From the human T2T-CHM13v2.0 reference genome, Homo sapiens: a DNA stretch of 64,000 bases. The position numbers and the translations under genes are program-made. Each line of letters begins with the position of its first letter. Position 1 is the first letter of the stretch. Shown here piece by piece: positions 62,001 to 64,000 of the stretch. Location of the stretch: NCBI RefSeq assembly GCF_009914755.1, contig NC_060936.1; one strand, given 5' to 3'. A model generated the notes under the pieces. The model searched no databases. It was not told where the DNA came from and saw nothing but the letters and a program-made list of their open reading frames with translations.

Positions 62001-64000
62001 AATGCTTCTTTCTAATTTTTATCTGAAGTTATTTCCTTGTTTACCATAGGATTTTTTGCACTACCTAATATCATTTCATAGGTTTTGCAAAAACGGTGTT
62101 TCCAAACTGCTCAGTCAAAAGAGAGGTTTAACTCTATGAGATGAAGGCACAGACCCCAAAGCAGTTTCTCAAAAAGGTTTCAAGTTTTTATCCAAAGATA
62201 TATTCTTTATCACAAAAGGCTTCAATGTGCTCCAAAATATATGGTCGCAGCTTCTACAAAAACAGTGTTTCCAAACTGCTCAATCAAAAACAAGTTTAAC
62301 TCTGTAAGTTAAATGCACACATCACAAAATAGTTTCTCAAAAAGCTTTTTGTAGATTTTATCTGAAAATATTTCCTTTTTCACAACAGGCCTCAGTGTGC
62401 TCCCAAATATCCCTTTGCATATTCCACAAAAACAGTGTTTCCAAACAGTTCAATTGAAAGAAATGTTTAACTCTGTGTGACAGCACACATCACAAGTCAG
62501 TTTCATGGAAAGATTCATTCAAGATTTTTTCTGAAGTTATTTCCTTTTCCACCATAGTTGTGGGCTCTGAAATATCCCTTCACAGATTGTACAACAACAG
62601 TGTTTTCAAACTGTTCCTTTAAAAGAAGTACTGAACTGGGACATGGAAACACACATCAGAAATCAGTTTCTCATAACGCTTCTTCCCAGTTTTTATCTGA
62701 GGATATTTTCTTTTTCACCATAGGCTTTTATGCATAACCTAATATTACTTGGCAGGTTTTGCAAAAACAGTGTCTCCAAACTGCTCAATCAAAAGAAAGT
62801 TTTAATTCTGTGAGATGAATGTACACATCAGAAAGCAGTTTCTCAAAAAGCTTCTTTCTAGTTTTTATCCAAAGATATTTCCTTTTTCAACATAGGCTTC
62901 AATGTCCTCCCAAAGATACCTTTGCAGATTCTACAAAAACAGTGTTTCCAAACTGCTGAATCAAAAGAAAGATTTGACTCTGTGAGAAGAATGCACACAT
63001 CACAAAGCAGTTTCTCAGAAAGCTTCTGTCTAGTTTTTTTCTGAAGACATTTATTTTTCCACCTTGGGCCTCACTGCACTCCTAAATATCCCTTCGCAGA
63101 TTCTACAAAAACAGAGTTTCCAAACAGCTCCATCAACAAACAGGTTTAACTCTGTGAGTTGAATGCACACACCACATAGCAGTTTTTCAAAAATGTTTTT
63201 TTCTATTTTTTATCTGAAGATATTTCCTTTTTGTACCATAGGCCACAGTGCAATCCCAAATATACCTTGCAGATTCTACAAAAACAGTGTTTCCAAGCTG
63301 CTCAATCAATAGAGGGTTTTACCTCTGTGAGGTGAATGCACACATCACAAAGCAGCTTCTCAGATAAATGTTGTCTAGTTCTTCTCTGAAGATATTTCCT
63401 TTTCCACCATAGGCTCCAAAGCACTCCCAAATATCCCTTTGCAGATTTTATGAAAACAGTGTTTCTGAACTGTTCCATCAAAAGAAGGATTTAAATCTTT
63501 GAGGTGAAGGCACACATCACAAAGCAGTTTCTCAGAATGCCTCTTTCCAGTTTTTATCTGAAGAAATTTCCTCATTCACCATAGGCCTTTTTGCACTATC
63601 TAATCTCACTTCGCAGATCATACAAAAACAGTGTTTCCAAACTGCTCAGTCAAAAGAAAAGCTTAACTCTGTTAGATGAATGAACACATCCAATGCAGTT
63701 TCTCAGAAAGCTTTGTGTATTTCTTCTCTGAAGATATTTCCTTTTCCACCATAGGCCTCAATGCTCTCCCAAATATCCCTTCACAGATTCCATAAAAACA
63801 GTGTTTCCAAACTGCTCCTTCAACAGAAGGACTTAACTCTGTGTGAAGAACACACACATCAGAGAGCAGTTTCTCATAACTCTTCTTTCCAGTATTTATT
63901 CGAAGATATTTCCTCATTCACCGTAGGCTTTTTTGTGCTGCCAAATATTGCTTTGCAAATTATGCAAAAACAGTGTTTCCAAACTGTTCAATCAAAAGAA
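53077..64000 (-). repeat. Alpha-satellite block D, same family and orientation as block B
   Basis: AAAACAGTGTTTCC, TTATCTGAAG, GTTCTTCTCTGAAG and CATAATGCTTCTTTCCAG variants return immediately after the L1 tail. Confidence 0.96.
57671..57704. repeat. 17 bp perfect tandem duplication inside a monomer
   Basis: TCTCTGAGAAGAATGCA at 57671-57687 and again at 57688-57704. Confidence 0.95.

Overview
Primate (most likely human or great-ape) pericentromeric heterochromatin. About 90% of the window is divergent ~171-172 bp alpha-satellite of A/pJ-alpha-box type, with no CENP-B box seen. It forms at least four distinguishable blocks: A1 (1-~11.3 kb, +, relic variable 4-10-mer HOR), A2 (~11.3-25.04 kb, +, relic 7-mer), B (25.04-36.07 kb, -) with its sister block D (53.08-64 kb, -), and a more homogeneous block C (36.1-49.5 kb, -) sandwiched between B and D. 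Three LINE-1 insertions interrupt the satellite. Two are 5'-truncated, 5'-inverted (twin-primed) L1PA3-like copies (7.18-9.35 kb; 49.54-53.08 kb). The third is a short L1PA2-like 3' end carrying a ~456 nt apparent 3' transduction that contains an old L1PB 3' end (45.25-46.05 kb). There is no intact gene and I see no new protein-coding system: the ORF track is satellite noise plus dead L1 ORF2 fragments. The notable signals are structural: serial L1 3' transductions, two L1s at the same monomer position, an L1 exactly on a satellite family switch, two fold-back-like inversion junctions, and a patchwork junction. Subfamily calls rest on recalled diagnostic bases, not a database search. Satellite strand '+' means the reading ...GAAACTGCTTTGTGATGTGTGCATTCATCTCACAGAGTTGAAC...
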